DNA of 62,981 nucleotides, the filler included, from Olpidium bornovanus S191 (lineage: Eukaryota; Fungi; Olpidiomycota), in assembly GCA_017911155.1 (NCBI GenBank). It is 24 parts of 24 records of this genome, joined end to end, with 100 filler letters (N's around TTAATTAATTAA, not from the genome) between each part and the next. Parts side by side here need not be neighbours in the genome. Positions count along the whole stretch, not along the records: positions 44,585 to 49,412 come from JAEFCI010004480.1; positions 49,513 to 51,534 come from JAEFCI010007385.1; positions 51,635 to 52,685 come from JAEFCI010012947.1; positions 52,786 to 54,761 come from JAEFCI010003308.1; positions 54,862 to 56,010 come from JAEFCI010005031.1; positions 56,111 to 57,488 come from JAEFCI010004137.1; positions 57,589 to 58,971 come from JAEFCI010000825.1; positions 59,072 to 61,509 come from JAEFCI010000727.1; 16 more parts are not named here. The stretch is one strand, 5' to 3'. This document shows positions 48,001 through 60,777 of this stretch, in pieces (the stretch's first letter is position 1; every line of letters begins with the position of its first letter). The position numbers were made by a program, and so were the translations under genes. The notes beneath the pieces were generated by a model. The model had not been told where the DNA came from and made no database searches. It worked only from the letters and a program-made list of their open reading frames with translations.

Positions 48001-48249
48001 GGCAGCGGCGACGGTAGCGGCTTGCTGGCGCTGTTGGGTACCTTCGCTGGTGCCGCCAGGATTATTACGCTCACGCCATGGCACGAAGCGTTGGGAAGTC
48101 AGCGCAGCGGTGCCGCTGTTGTCCGCTGTGCGTAATCCCAGCGTCAAAAGCGACGCCCCCCGTGATCCCCACGTCCTTGGCAGGGGGATCGCGTCAAGCG
48201 GCTGCCCTGACCACGCAGAGCAAGGAAGCGTCGGCTGGGAAGGCCCGGA

Positions 48250-49310
48250 ATGCATGCGCAGAATGCCTTGGGCATTGCTGGCGTCGCTACTGGGCCCTTG
48301 GTCATGAGAAGCGGCAGCGGCGGCGGCGGCCCGGGCCCCACGCGCGCAGTTCTGCAGGCAAGAGGCGCCTCCGACACGCGTTCCATCGCCTCGCGCAGGT
48401 CGGCGCAGTCAGAACCAGCCCGCTGCCGCATAGAAGAGCGACGGAAGGAGGATGAGCTTGGGCAGCTGCAGGCAAAACTTGAGCACCTGGAAATGGAAAA
48501 GGTACTTGCTGACCGAGAAGCTGCACGCCAGCGACGCAAGGCAGAGGCCGCCGAGCGCAAGCTGGTAGAAGTATTGAAAGCTGTTGACGACGAGCACGAG
48601 GAAGCCCAGGACGCCGGGATCGAGCTGAACGTCACCTTCGCCCTCGAAGAAAACTGACGCGTGGCGGAAGAGGCCCAAAACTGAGAACTGTCCGCATACT
48701 TCCACAAGCCTGTGTATACAGAGCGACCGGACGGTACAGGCACTGCGCGCGACTGGTGGCCCAGCCCCGGTCCCGCTCTCGGTGCTCCAAGAGAAGAGGG
48801 TGCCGCAACCGTAGCTCGAGCCGAAACGGGCCTTTCGGCGACCGGTATTGCAAAGATGCTCATGTCGAAAGTACCAACCCTCAGTGGCAAGGCCGGCGGT
48901 ATCACCCCCTCGGTACTTGATGCCTGGTCCACGAAGCTCGAGTCGGCATTCGAGGTCGGCAACGTTCAAGGGATTCACGCGCTCCAGCTGGCTGCGTCAA
49001 CACTTGATGGGCCCGCATTTGCCCTATGGGAAGCCAACAGGAAGGAACACCCAGTCGGAAACGTCGGCCGCTGGTCGAAGTTTGCGGAGCTGAAACTTGC
49101 CCTGTACAACGAATTCTTCACGCGCGAACACTGTGCAGCGATCCGCACGCAGCTTCTTCAACCTAAATTCAGCGGAAGCTTGGACAAACTCATTTAATAC
49201 TGATTTTCAAAGCTCTACTATCAGCTCCCCGCTCCACGCGACGACGAGACATGGTCAGTGACCTTCCTACAGGCGCTACCGGCCGAGAAGTCGTCCAGAT
49301 GCCAGGTATG
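48250..49310 (+). pseudogene. Ty3/gypsy gag remnant with coiled-coil N-terminus
   Basis: LAASTLDGPAFALWE...WSKFAELKLAL...IRTQLLQPKFSGSLDK...FKALYYQL...FLQAL. In-frame stops at about 48655 and 48683. Confidence 0.75.
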
Positions 49311-49761
49311 GAAAAGTGGTGGCACTGTCATTGCTTCCTCTTCCCCTTCATGCACCTCCACCTCTTCCCGCTTCTTCCCCCGGCGCTGGCAGGTGTCACA
49401 GGTTTGAATATANNNNNNNNNNNNNNNNNNNNNNNNNNNNNNNNNNNNNNNNNNNNTTAATTAATTAANNNNNNNNNNNNNNNNNNNNNNNNNNNNNNNN
49501 NNNNNNNNNNNNCCCTTTTCTTCCTCTTTTTTCCTCCCTCCACCCTGTTCTCCTCCTTTTTTCTCCCTTCCCCACCCTTTTCTTCCTCTTTTTTCTCCCT
49601 TCCCCACTCCCCCCCTCCCCCATTTTTTCCCGTTGTCCCGCCCCCAACTCTTCTCCCCATCAAAGCTTCCTTTTTTCCCCTTTTTCCTCTTCCTTTGCCG
49701 ACAAGCACCCTGTTCTCGCACAAGAACGTGGCTCTCACCCGATTCTGCGCCGTTGTTCCAG

Positions 49762-50959
49762 GACGACTTTTACTTGAACCTAATTGACTGGTCGTCGCGG
49801 AATATAATCGCAATCGCCCTGGGCGGCACAGTTTGGCTCTGGAGCGGCATAAGCGGGCGGGTGAGCACGCGGGCGGGTGAGCACCCGTTCGACAGCGAGG
49901 AAGACCGGAATACGTCGTATCAGGGCAAAAATCCGCGCCGCCGTCTGACGCATTTTCCGGCCGCACCCTGTTCGGCGTAGATGTCGCCGTTGTGCAACTT
50001 CGGCCCAGAGCAGGTGACGTCAGTGAGTTGGAAGGACACGGTAAGGCCCCGGTCTGACTTCGACACGAGACGGGCCCCTTCGCCGCGAAATCTGCAGGCA
50101 AAGGTTCGTCGGTGTAAGATTTTTTCGTTTGACGCGCACGAATGTTCCGCGATTACTCGTTTCCAGGGCGACTTGCTCGCCGTCGGAACCAGGTCCGGCT
50201 TCGTGCAGATTTGGAACGCGGTCACGCGGCAACGCGTGCGGACGTTGGCAGGTCACACCCAGCGCGTGGGAAACCTGGCGTGGAACGGCGAGCTGCTCAC
50301 GACGGGGTCGCGCGACCGGCGCATACTGCACCGGGACAGCCGGACGGGCGCGCAATCGATAGCCACGTTGACGGCACACCGGCAGGAGATATGCGGCCTG
50401 AAGTGGGACGTGCCGAACAACAAACTCGCGTCGGGCGGGAACGACAACAGGCTGCTGGTGTGGGACTACATCAACGCCAACCCGATCCACACTTTTGCCG
50501 AGCACACGGCGGCGGTCAAGGCCATCGCGTGGAACCCGCACCAGCGGGGGATACTTGCCAGCGGAGGCGGGACGGCTGACAAGACAATTAAAATCTGGGA
50601 CATAAATGTGGGACAGCAGAAGGTAACGCGCGACACAGGAAGCCAGGTACGCGGCGTTCTGTTTTCGGTTGCCGTGTTTTTCAATCGCCTATCCGGGCGG
50701 CCGCCTGCGCGTTCCGGGACCCGCTTGCGCTGACGGCGCGCTCGTGTTGCAGGTCTGTAATCTCGCCTGGTCTCAAAACGAGAACGAGCTGCTGTCGACC
50801 CACGGGTATTCGCAGAACCACATTGCCGTCTGGGAGCCCGACACAATGGACGGGATCGTCACCCTCACGGGCCACTGTTCCAGGGTCCTCTACCTGGCGA
50901 AGCACCCTGACGGCGAGATCATCGCCACCGGCGCCGGCGACGAGACCGTGATGTTCTGG
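49762..50959 (+). CDS. FZR1: APC/C activator, Cdh1/Fzr type WD40, partial
   Basis: [11 protein letters not shown]; [13 protein letters not shown]; [28 protein letters not shown]; DTGSQ|VCNLAWS...[11 protein letters not shown]; LTGH.SRVLYLA..PDG...TGAGDET. Confidence 0.93.
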
Positions 50960-51447
50960 TTCGTGCCGCCGTCCGCTTCTCTCCCTCGACTCGCCGGACG
51001 TCCGTCGTTCGCCGGCAATCTTGCGCTGCTGCCGCGTTGCCGCCGCCCTGATAGTAGATTGCGGCGCGTTTTTTTTTTGTAGGCGACCGTTTAGCGCCAG
51101 CGGCGGCTGGGCGGGGGGCAACAGCGACAGCGCGGTCAGTGATTTAAGTGAAGAAGAATGACGGCCCCGTTCGTCCGTGCTCTCGGAAGCGCGCTCTCCG
51201 TTTTCCTCCTCGGAGCTTGTACTGTCGGGCTTCTTTTTTTATTTGTGGCATGGAAAATCTCGCCCTTTTTTTTTTTTTTTTTTTTTTTTCTTTTTCAGAT
51301 ATCGCAGGCGTCCGCAGTCGGGTCCCGCCTTTTGTTCTTCTGTATCCCCTTTGTGACGTTGCCGTATACCTATACGTTTGTTTTCGCGGTGCGCGACGTT
51401 GTTTTTTTTTGTTTTTTTTTTCGTAAAAGACGGAAACGCCGTTCTCT

Positions 51448-51510
<63 letters not shown>

Positions 51511-53848
51511 TCCTCTCCCCCCCCCCCCCCCCCCNNNNNNNNNNNNNNNNNNNNNNNNNNNNNNNNNNNNNNNNNNNNTTAATTAATTAANNNNNNNNNN
51601 NNNNNNNNNNNNNNNNNNNNNNNNNNNNNNNNNNCATGGGGTGGCACTTAGTTGTGAAAATGCACAACCTCTTGGCACGGGTGGTGGGTGCGCTTGTCGG
51701 CAAATTTTATTCGATTCACATAATTAAACCTGCGGATTTTCCAGAAAGCATATGTACTGCGGCAAGGTTCGGCAAAGTTCAAGTCTCTTTGTATTGCGAT
51801 GTCAGGTCTGAGGGAGGGCTACGGGTAAGGTGACGCGCTAGCAAGTAAGGAATGGGATACTTCCAGAAAGCGGTAAAAATTGTGAATGGTAAAGAAGGAA
51901 CTACGGAGCATGGAGGACGCTATTTATGCTCGTCGGCCGACAAGCGGAGGAACAGGGCAATGTCCGAGTCGTTCCCTCAATCTCGCGTCCGCTGACTCGG
52001 TTGCTTTCCCGCGCGGTGTCGAGAGTACAAGCCCCTCTCGGTAGGGATGGCAGGGGAGACGGGATGGTGGGGGCCCTTGCTGTGCGGTGGTGCTCTCGCG
52101 GCGGGGCGGTTCTTCCCCGAGGGAGTAAGAAGAGGTACACGACACTTGGCGCGGGACCGCACTTGTCTTCGACGACGTCTTCGAACGTTCCGTCGACGTG
52201 CACCAAACTGACCTCAAAGAAGCCGAGCACCATCGTTTTGTCCCGGCCCAAGGAGCGCGCCGACAGTCCGTCGTGGTCTGCCGCGGTCGCAAGGCGTCCG
52301 GGAAAAAACCCAGGGACCAATCTTCTTTCCTCGTTTATTATTATTTTTGTTGGTGGTAAGTCGCTATACTACGTGCGATCAACGGTATTTTCGATGCGCA
52401 ACACGCGCACGTGACTAAAAGGGGGGCACCGGTATTTCTCCGACAACCCGCCCCCTCTCCTGACGCGGCCAACGGCCCGCCAGGAGAAAAAGGAAAGAGA
52501 AAAACAGGAAGGAAGAGAGGAAGAAAAAAAAGAAATGAAGGAAAACACAAGAGGGAGGAAGGAAGGTAAAACCTCCACAAGAGCTACAAGCAATGCCGCA
52601 AAGGAAGCAAGGCAAAAGGTGTGCGCGCGACTGATGGTCGACGAAAAGGATGAGAAGAAGAAAAAAAGAAACGCAACGCCCAACANNNNNNNNNNNNNNN
52701 NNNNNNNNNNNNNNNNNNNNNNNNNNNNNTTAATTAATTAANNNNNNNNNNNNNNNNNNNNNNNNNNNNNNNNNNNNNNNNNNNNCATGACGCGCTGAAT
52801 GGCTCCTTCCAAGCTAATTTCATTAGGTCGGCGCCTAGAAGCTAGTGAAACGGCCCTTACTCAAAGATAATGACGGTTCGCCGCGTCGCCGTAGGCTACG
52901 TAGGCAAACCAGATTAATTGAGAGAAAAATGGTTGAACTAGCTTGGTGCCTCCCACCCGCACATTCTCTATTTTGAACATGCTAGCACTGCAGGGTGATC
53001 ACCATTCTCATCATTGTCGTGTGTTCGATTTTTGGTAGATTACAACACGCTTGAACGAGGTTCTTCTAACGGTCTTATTTGGAGCTTCTCGTCCGCCATT
53101 GCGCATCAAGGTTCTCCTCCTCGCCTGTTGAATGCGGCAGCCGCATGGCCATGGCGTGACACCTACCATGCTTGGCGAGGTTTTTTGCTGGACTTGGATG
53201 GGAACGCTCGGCGGGGTATTGCGTATATTCCAGCGGGTGAAATGGGAGCGCACACCACCAAGCGTTCCCATCAACCGCCACTTTCTCGGGCAATCAACTT
53301 CGCCTGCATCGCCTGCGGCAACTCGGCGAACCGTCAGAGGTGCATGATTCCTCTAAGGTAAGAATTATGCTCTGGCGCCTCGTTGGAAGGTTCGGGTCAT
53401 CGGGCTACGAGATGACCCCTTAAAACGACTGAATTCGGAGCATTGGCAACCGGGAAATTCATGGGCGTGAGAATTTCCCGGTTGTGAGATTTCATGTAAA
53501 GGGGCTCTCTCCCAGCTGCGACGTCAGCATAAGATCCCTTCGGAACAAGAAGTAGTAACCCTTTTTTTGCGGGTGTATGTTTCTCCTGAATAATGACCGG
53601 GCAATCAAGAGCTTACGGCAGCCGCCGCCCCCTCGCCCCCTCTCCGCCGTCACCGAGGCCTACCGGCTGAGCCCATCCCTCTCGCCGACGACCGCCCGGC
53701 GCGTGAACTGTTGCTGCTGCTGCCGCCCACCTGCCCGCCCGTTCTTCCACTTGCAGTCTCGCAGTATTCCGTCCGCCCCACCGCCCAACACGCGAAAACC
53801 ATGCTGCTTTTTGTTCGCGTCCGGGAGGGATCTACGACAGTTGTGTCC

Positions 53849-54422
53849 ATGCTGCTACTGCTCCTTGTCGCCCTGCTTTCCGCTGGTCCGTGCGCATCCG
53901 CTGTGCCTGTCCGGGAAACAGTCGAGCGGTCGCCGCCGGCGGGGCGGTGCCCCCCAGGGGAGCACTTTGTGACCTTTGTGACCCTCAAACGGTAAGGAGG
54001 AAATAACGCGCAGTCGGGGGTTTTTGGAGGACGGAAAGCGTCGGCCCATCTCGCCTTCCCCTCGGGCCGTGCCGTTTCTGCCTGACCGAAACCCGGAGTT
54101 TCATCTTCCCCCCGCGTTTGCAATCTCATCCAAAAGCCGAATGAGGAACCCCATTGTACGCGCCGAGCTAACCGGCATGTGCGTCGAGGACATTGCGGAC
54201 CCGGACCCTTCCAGCTCAACGCCGCCCGCCACCGCGCCGCCTTACGATCTCCGCGGCGGCGAGTTTCCCGCGCTCGGTCCCCGCGAGGCCGGCATCGTCG
54301 CCCTCCGGTCTGTGGAGAGCGCCTTCTGGCGAGGGCTTTCTGCGGGAGGACGTGCAGCCGCCGGCGCCGCGGAGGAACCGAAATCTGCGATCTTCTTGTT
54401 GGCGACCGATCCCACTAGATGA
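53849..54422 (+). CDS. Predicted small secreted protein, 142 aa (exons 53849-53991 and 54137-54422)
   Basis: Signal-peptide-like MLLLLLVALLSAGPCASA-VP. A GT-AG intron joins the two ORFs in frame. No family recognised. Confidence 0.5.
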
Positions 54423-54460
54423 AGGAACAGGGAGGGGATCCGAAAAAAACGCTCGAGTCT

Positions 54461-54494
<34 letters not shown>

Positions 54495-56110
54495 AAAAAA
54501 AACTACCTTGGGGTGGATACTGCGCCACCGTCGGCTTTGCGTTGTCCGCCAGCGGCGGCGGATGAGCCCGGCTGCCGAAAATTCACTTAACTTACTGCAC
54601 GTTTTTTTCTCTCGTCTGTTCTTGACAATGTTGCCTGAGGCGGACCTAGTATGATTTAATCCCGTAATCTAATAATCCTCCCTTGACCAAGCTTAATAAC
54701 ACTTCCGGTTTATATAGGCCATCCTATTAACATCTAAGTCGCGGCAGTTTAAATATACTTANNNNNNNNNNNNNNNNNNNNNNNNNNNNNNNNNNNNNNN
54801 NNNNNTTAATTAATTAANNNNNNNNNNNNNNNNNNNNNNNNNNNNNNNNNNNNNNNNNNNNAAAAGAGAAAAAAAAAATTGCGGGCGGCCACAAAAAGAA
54901 AACTAAAACGGCGCCGGCGGCCATCGCGAATCTGAATCATCTGCAATTTTTTTTTTTTTTTTTTTTTTTGCGTTGCATTCAGGCGCGGTGGTAGGGGCGG
55001 CCGCCGCTTTTCTTCGCCGGGGTTTAGGTGCCGGGGCAGCGGTCCACGCAGTTCAGGTCCTTGCCCTATCCGCGACCGTGTTTTTTTTTTTTTTTTTTTT
55101 TTGAGATTTAACGGCCGGCTGCGTGAATTCGCCGCGAACGGCGCCGCAATTTCACGCAGACCATCAAAAATATGAAAGACAATATTATCATTGTATATGG
55201 TGATACAATCGCGGTATTGCCCACTCGGAACGTCGGAACTTCGCCCTACCCAGGGAGCACCACGTTGAGGTGTATAACATGCTCCATTTTTCTTTCCTGG
55301 GAGAAAAAAAAAACGCAACAAGGTAAAAACGAAAAAACCATGGCCGAAGGGAGGCAATCGCCGGATTTGGGTTGTGAGCGGAGTGATTCCAGAGCGCGGG
55401 TCGGGGAACGAGTGTCTAATTTCCGGCGAAGTGGACCTCTTTCTGGGACATTCTGAACTCTGGTGTTTCTGGAGAAAGCACTCGGGAAAGGACCAGCCAC
55501 CGGTGACCGCGTGTGCGAAGAGTTCACCAGCTGGCTGTAAGATGGCTCCCTGATGCAAGCCGCTTGGGCCCAGCAAAATCCTTCCGCTGTGACGGCACAA
55601 CTACCCAGCCAAGGGACTTCTGGTTCCCGAGCTGATTCTGCCTGCTTTATCAATCGATCTTCTGCTTTTCTTCTGTTTCAGATTTTTCAGAGTGGGGTGG
55701 GGGGGAGCGTTTGGCCTCGCTATATGCCAAGGCCCGGAGATTTTAGGTCCGGTCAAAAACCAAAAAAAATAAAATAAAATAAAAAACCAAAAAGGAAACA
55801 CAAACTGAAATTCTGGAATTATAACATAAATGTACATTCATTTTATGTTTTATATTTTACACCAATATATAATCCAGAGGGAGGAGGCGGTGTGAGCGCA
55901 TTGCGTTTTGGTGAAGTTTTTTTCAGGCGTAGCGCGACATGCGCGTAGTTCTCGATGGCGGAGATGCGCGTGGAAGCGACCTCGGCCAGCAGATCGGCGG
56001 CGGCCCGCACNNNNNNNNNNNNNNNNNNNNNNNNNNNNNNNNNNNNNNNNNNNNTTAATTAATTAANNNNNNNNNNNNNNNNNNNNNNNNNNNNNNNNNN
56101 NNNNNNNNNN

Positions 56111-56236
<126 letters not shown>

Positions 56237-56430
56237 GAAAAACAACAAAGAAAAAAAAACGAAAAAAAAGAACACATAAAGTTAAGCCGAAAAAAAGCGA
56301 AGGAAAAAGAAACGGAGAAAAAAAAATAAAGACAAAAAAGAAAAGCAGAAAAAAATAATCTAAAATACTTAAAATAAAATGAATAAAGAGAAACAAAAAA
56401 GAAAGCAAAAAAAGACGCCCCAAAAATAAA

Positions 56431-56676
56431 AAAAAACTACAGTTAGAAAAGGTGAACGGATTGATGATGAACGGATTGATATTTTTAAATTTTTAAGAGA
56501 GAAGTTCATTCCTTTTTCCCTTTTTTTTTTTTTTTTTTTTTTACTTTTGTAGTTTTTTTACCAAAAATAGAAAAACTACAATTAGAAAAGGTGAACGGAT
56601 TGATATTTTTAAATTTTAAAGAGAGAAAGGTTCATTCCTTTTTCTTTTATTTTTTTTTTACTTTCGTAGTTTTTTT
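56431..56676. repeat. Two tandem AT-rich units with inverted termini
   Basis: AAAAACTACA(G/A)TTAGAAAAGGTGAACGGATTGAT...GTTCATTCCTTTT occurs twice. Each unit closes with (T/C)GTAGTTTTT. Confidence 0.75.
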
Positions 56677-56703
56677 ATTTTTGTGGTGCCGTGTTCTCCT
56701 TTC

Positions 56704-57487
56704 CTAATTGAAGTCCGTGAATCCCAGCTCCCTCATCTGGTCGGCGATGGACTTGCCCTGGGCGGCGAGACCGCAGCGGGAGGGGTTGTCCAGGCAGATG
56801 CGCAAGCGACGGGCGGTTAGCCTGTTGGCTTTCGCGGCGGAGATACCGCCGCGGGAGGGCCCGCCGCGCGAGGGGTCGACCTTAGGCAGAATGCCGCGCA
56901 GCAGCTTGTGGCGAGGCAGGGAGGCGTCCTTGCAGAACTTAGGGGCCTTGGTGGGGTCGAAGTTCCTCTCGGCGGCCATGAAGGTCATGGCGAGCTTGTT
57001 GTACCGCTTGCGAAGGCTCGCTTTACGGATTTTGGACTCGCCGTAGTGCACGATGCGGTCGGCCAGCTTCGCCTGCGCGCACGGGTCGGAATTGCCGAGC
57101 AGCGTGGACGGGATTTGCCCAGAGAACGTGGCGATCTGGCCAGCGATGTCGCCGTGCAAACCAACCTGCGCAGGGGGGACGAATGGGGAAGGGTAGGGTG
57201 GAGGGGGGCAAGAAGCGTTGTTGCGGCCGACGTCAGGTTCGGTGCCGAAGAAAAGAAAAAATTGGGAGGGGACCGAATAATAAAAAAAAAAAAAAAAAAA
57301 AAACCGCGGGAGCGTAGAATGTGCGAAAGGAAAAATCCGTAGGCCATCGTCCCCAACTCACATTGAAGCCAAATTTTTCCAGCTGCCGCTCGACGGGAGG
57401 ATTCTCTTGGCCGAACCGCGCGAGGGCGGGAGCGGCAGCGGCGATGGCCAGCGCGCACGTGAAAACGAAGGACGATGCAGGGCGCAT
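56704..57487 (-). CDS. Secreted protein, 195 aa, of the uncharacterised fungal RFGQE family (exons 57362-57487 and 56704-57165)
   Basis: Signal peptide then RFGQE; PCAQAKLADRIV; AAERNF; CKDASLP...LRGILPKVDP; GKSIADQMRELGFTDF. The intron is phase 0. Confidence 0.8.
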
Positions 57488-57645
57488 GNNNNNNNNNNNN
57501 NNNNNNNNNNNNNNNNNNNNNNNNNNNNNNNNTTAATTAATTAANNNNNNNNNNNNNNNNNNNNNNNNNNNNNNNNNNNNNNNNNNNNATGTGTTGGGGG
57601 GGGGGGGGGGGGCGGGCCGGGCGGGGGCGCCGTTAATAAACTTAC

Positions 57646-58880
57646 CACGACGTCCAACTCATTGAGTTTCCTCTGCTTCTGCGTCTGGAAGGCCTGTATC
57701 TCCGCCTCGGCGTTCTTCAGCGCCGCGCCTATGACCCTCTCCTTCTTTATCAGCGCGTCGTTGTCCTTTTTCAGGGCCTCGATCGCCTTCTGGATCTCCC
57801 CGAGCACGTCCTCCTGGTCGAGGCGGCGCTCGCGCATCTCCAGCACCCTCTTCCACGTCGCCGGGTCCGCGTCCGCGGGGCACGTCTCGTCGAAGCCTTC
57901 CTGCTCGGACTCCTCGTCGTCCGAGAGGTCGCTGTCGAAATCCGACTCGTCGTCCTCGTCCTCCTCCTCTTCTTCCTGGCCGCCGCCGCCGCCGCCGCCG
58001 TCTTTGCCTTCGGTCGACTTCTCGTTCTTCGTTTTTTTCTTTTTATTATTATTATTATTAGTATTTCCCCGTTATTGTCGAATGTCGCGCCGCGCGCCGT
58101 GGTCAGCGGAAATTCGTGCCGGCGACGCGGGATCAGGAGGAGGAGGTGGCGGAGGAGGAGGCGGCGGCGGAGGAAGAGAAAGGAGGAGAAGAGAAAAGAG
58201 GGAAACTTCCCCGGCGATCCGCCCGGAAAGCACGAACCTTTGCGCGCTTGATCTTCCGCCGGTAGATCTTCGTCAAAAGCTCCTCGTACTTGTTGTCCTC
58301 GCCAATGGCCGCCTTGAACTCGTCCTGGATTTCCCTCTCGCGCTGGATCACCTGCTCCACCTCCGATTTCTTCGCCGTGAGCTTCTCTTGGCATTCGTTG
58401 ATCTGGCCCGTGCGTAGGTATTGTGCGGCGCAAGACAAACCCGGCACGGCGTGAGAAAAATGTTTTCCCGGCCGGTACCCCCCCCCCCCCCCCCCCCCCC
58501 CACCCGCCCATCTGGCCCGGCGCTTGCGGCAAAAAGTGGTCGTTCCGGGGTCTCACCTTGTTATCAATCTCGTCCTTTTCCGCTCTTTTCGTCGCCAGTT
58601 TCTCCGCGAGCACGTTGTCGTACTTCGCAAACTCCTTCAGCAGCGCCCACTCCTTGCACAGCAGAGTCAACTTCATGTCGGCGCTCTTGATGTCTGTTTT
58701 CGCACGCGTCAGTTTTATTTTTTTTTTTTCTTTTCTTAAATTTCATCTTTGGGGGGGCCTGGGGGCCGACGTCGTCCGGCAACCGACAGGGTGTTCGACT
58801 CTACCTGCCTCAAGCAGCAGCCGCTCACGGCCGAGAGCGGCCACCGCTTGATCAAAAGCGTCGATTTCTTGGTTGACGGC
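57646..58880 (-). CDS. CFAP44: CFAP44/WDR52 C-terminal coiled-coil region, multi-exon
   Basis: FKAAIGEDNKYEELLTKIYRRKIKR; acidic tract; CPADAD...LEMRERRLDQEDVL...QTQKQRKLNELDVVV matches CFAP44. Confidence 0.92.
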
Positions 58881-59102
58881 CTGGAATATGTTTGCCGGCA
58901 ACCGGGGTGTTAGAAAAGCCGGGGGGGGAAGGTCTATCAGCAGTTTTTTTATCAAGTCGGCGCCCATGACGNNNNNNNNNNNNNNNNNNNNNNNNNNNNN
59001 NNNNNNNNNNNNNNNTTAATTAATTAANNNNNNNNNNNNNNNNNNNNNNNNNNNNNNNNNNNNNNNNNNNNCCCCTTCAATCCGAACCCCCCCTTCCACC
59101 CG

Positions 59103-59156
<54 letters not shown>

Positions 59157-59218
59157 CTTTTTTGTTCCCACGCCCCGCTTTTCGGGGCCCGGCCTGTCCC
59201 GTCGGGTCAAATAGATCC

Positions 59219-59823
59219 TCAGCCGCGGAAGGCGAGCGCGGCCAGGTCGACGAACTGGGCGAGCTCGACGTCGTTCCTCGAGAGGCCCTGGCAGTCGTGC
59301 GTCGACAGGGTGATGTCGACGCGGTTGTAGACCTGTCGCGTAGAAAAGAAAACAGAACAGAGAAAAAGAGAAAACAAATGAGAAAAAAAAATAAAAAACG
59401 ACGTGACAGCAGACAAATAAAAAAATACAAAGCGTGTCACAAAAAAAAAAAAAAAAAAAAAACCGAAAAAAAAGGGGGAAAAACGGCGGGACGCCAGGAC
59501 GCCACACGGCCGGCACCCCCCACCTCCCATTCCCCGCCGGGGAGGGGGGACGGTGGGGGGGAAAAGAAAAAAGGAAAACCAAAAAGTTGAAACCCCCCGG
59601 CGAAACGACCCCCGGCCCGCACGTTCGTCCACTCCGGGTGGTGGTCCATCTTCTCCGCTTTCAGCGCGACGCGGGTCATGAACGCGAAGGCGGCGTTGAA
59701 GTCCGGGAACCGGCAGGACTTCCGGATGGCGTCCCTCCCGTCGACCTCCGCCCAGCCGGCCTGCCTCAGGCCCGGCAGGTGCTCGGCGCGCTCCGCCTGG
59801 GTCAGCTTGGAAGGCGCCGGCAT
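59219..59823 (-). CDS. PCBD: Pterin-4-alpha-carbinolamine dehydratase, 104 aa (exons 59623-59823 and 59219-59332)
   Basis: [36 protein letters not shown]|[27 protein letters not shown]. Confidence 0.95.
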
Positions 59824-60180
59824 GACTTCTTCGTTCCTTCCGCCCACCTACTTCCCCCACGCGCCTGCTCCTTTTTTTTTTCGCCTGTTGTTTGCGGCGT
59901 GGAAGAAGGGGGTGAGGCGGGCGGGGGGAGGAAGACGCGTTTGTCCTTTGTATGCGAAGGCTGTTGCGGTCTTTTTTCTCGTTTTTTTTTTTTGTTCCTT
60001 TTTTTTGTTCTTTTTCTTTTTTTTTTCTCGTCGCGGGCGTTTGGCCGCGTGTCCGTGTGTGTGTGAGTGTGTGGCGTCGACGTGCGGGTTGTGCGGGGGA
60101 AAAAGGGTGAGAGAGGGTGCGGGCCCCGCCGGCGGGAGAGTGAAATGAAGGGGAAGGGCGGGAAAAAAAGGGGAGAGGGG

Positions 60181-60229
<49 letters not shown>

Positions 60230-60619
60230 GGGGGGGGGGCAAAAAGGGGGGGGGGGGGGGGGGGGCCCCTCCCCCGCCTCTTGAATTCTGCGTTCGAAAG
60301 GAGCTCGCGGGAGCTGCTCTATTCCGGGAATCTACCCTATTTTATAGAGAGGATTTCAGGGGAAAACCCGGGTGGGCGCAGTGCGCTATCTCCCCCCTGA
60401 ACCCCTTTGTTTCAGCTCTCGTTTCAGCACCGCCCGCCCGCCCGCCCGCCTCCCACCCAGACCGGCCGGTCCCCGCGCGATTCGCGTCGCGCGTCGCGTC
60501 AACGGGACCCGACTGGGGCCCGAAAGAACCCACGTCTGATCACTCGCGAAAAGAAATGCGGGGCGCGGGGGAAGGGGGGGGGAAGTGCGGAAAGAAGGTT
60601 TTTCGCGAGGCAACGGAGG

Positions 60620-60742
60620 CGAGAGAAGAAACAGAGAGAGAGAGAGAGAGAGAAAAGTTGGGGCGAGGGAGAGAGGGAGAGGGAGCAGAAAAAGGGATAG
60701 ACGGGGGGAGAGAGAGAGAGAGAAAGAAAGAGGAAGAGAGAA

Positions 60743-60776
<34 letters not shown>
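60620..60776. repeat. Interrupted (GA)n polypurine tract
   Basis: Several GA dinucleotide runs. Confidence 0.9.

Positions 60777-60777
<1 letters not shown>

Noticed and set aside
51651-51668. GTTGTG-N6-CACAAC inverted repeat
   Set aside because: A 6-bp stem is expected by chance in 63 kb and has no supporting context.
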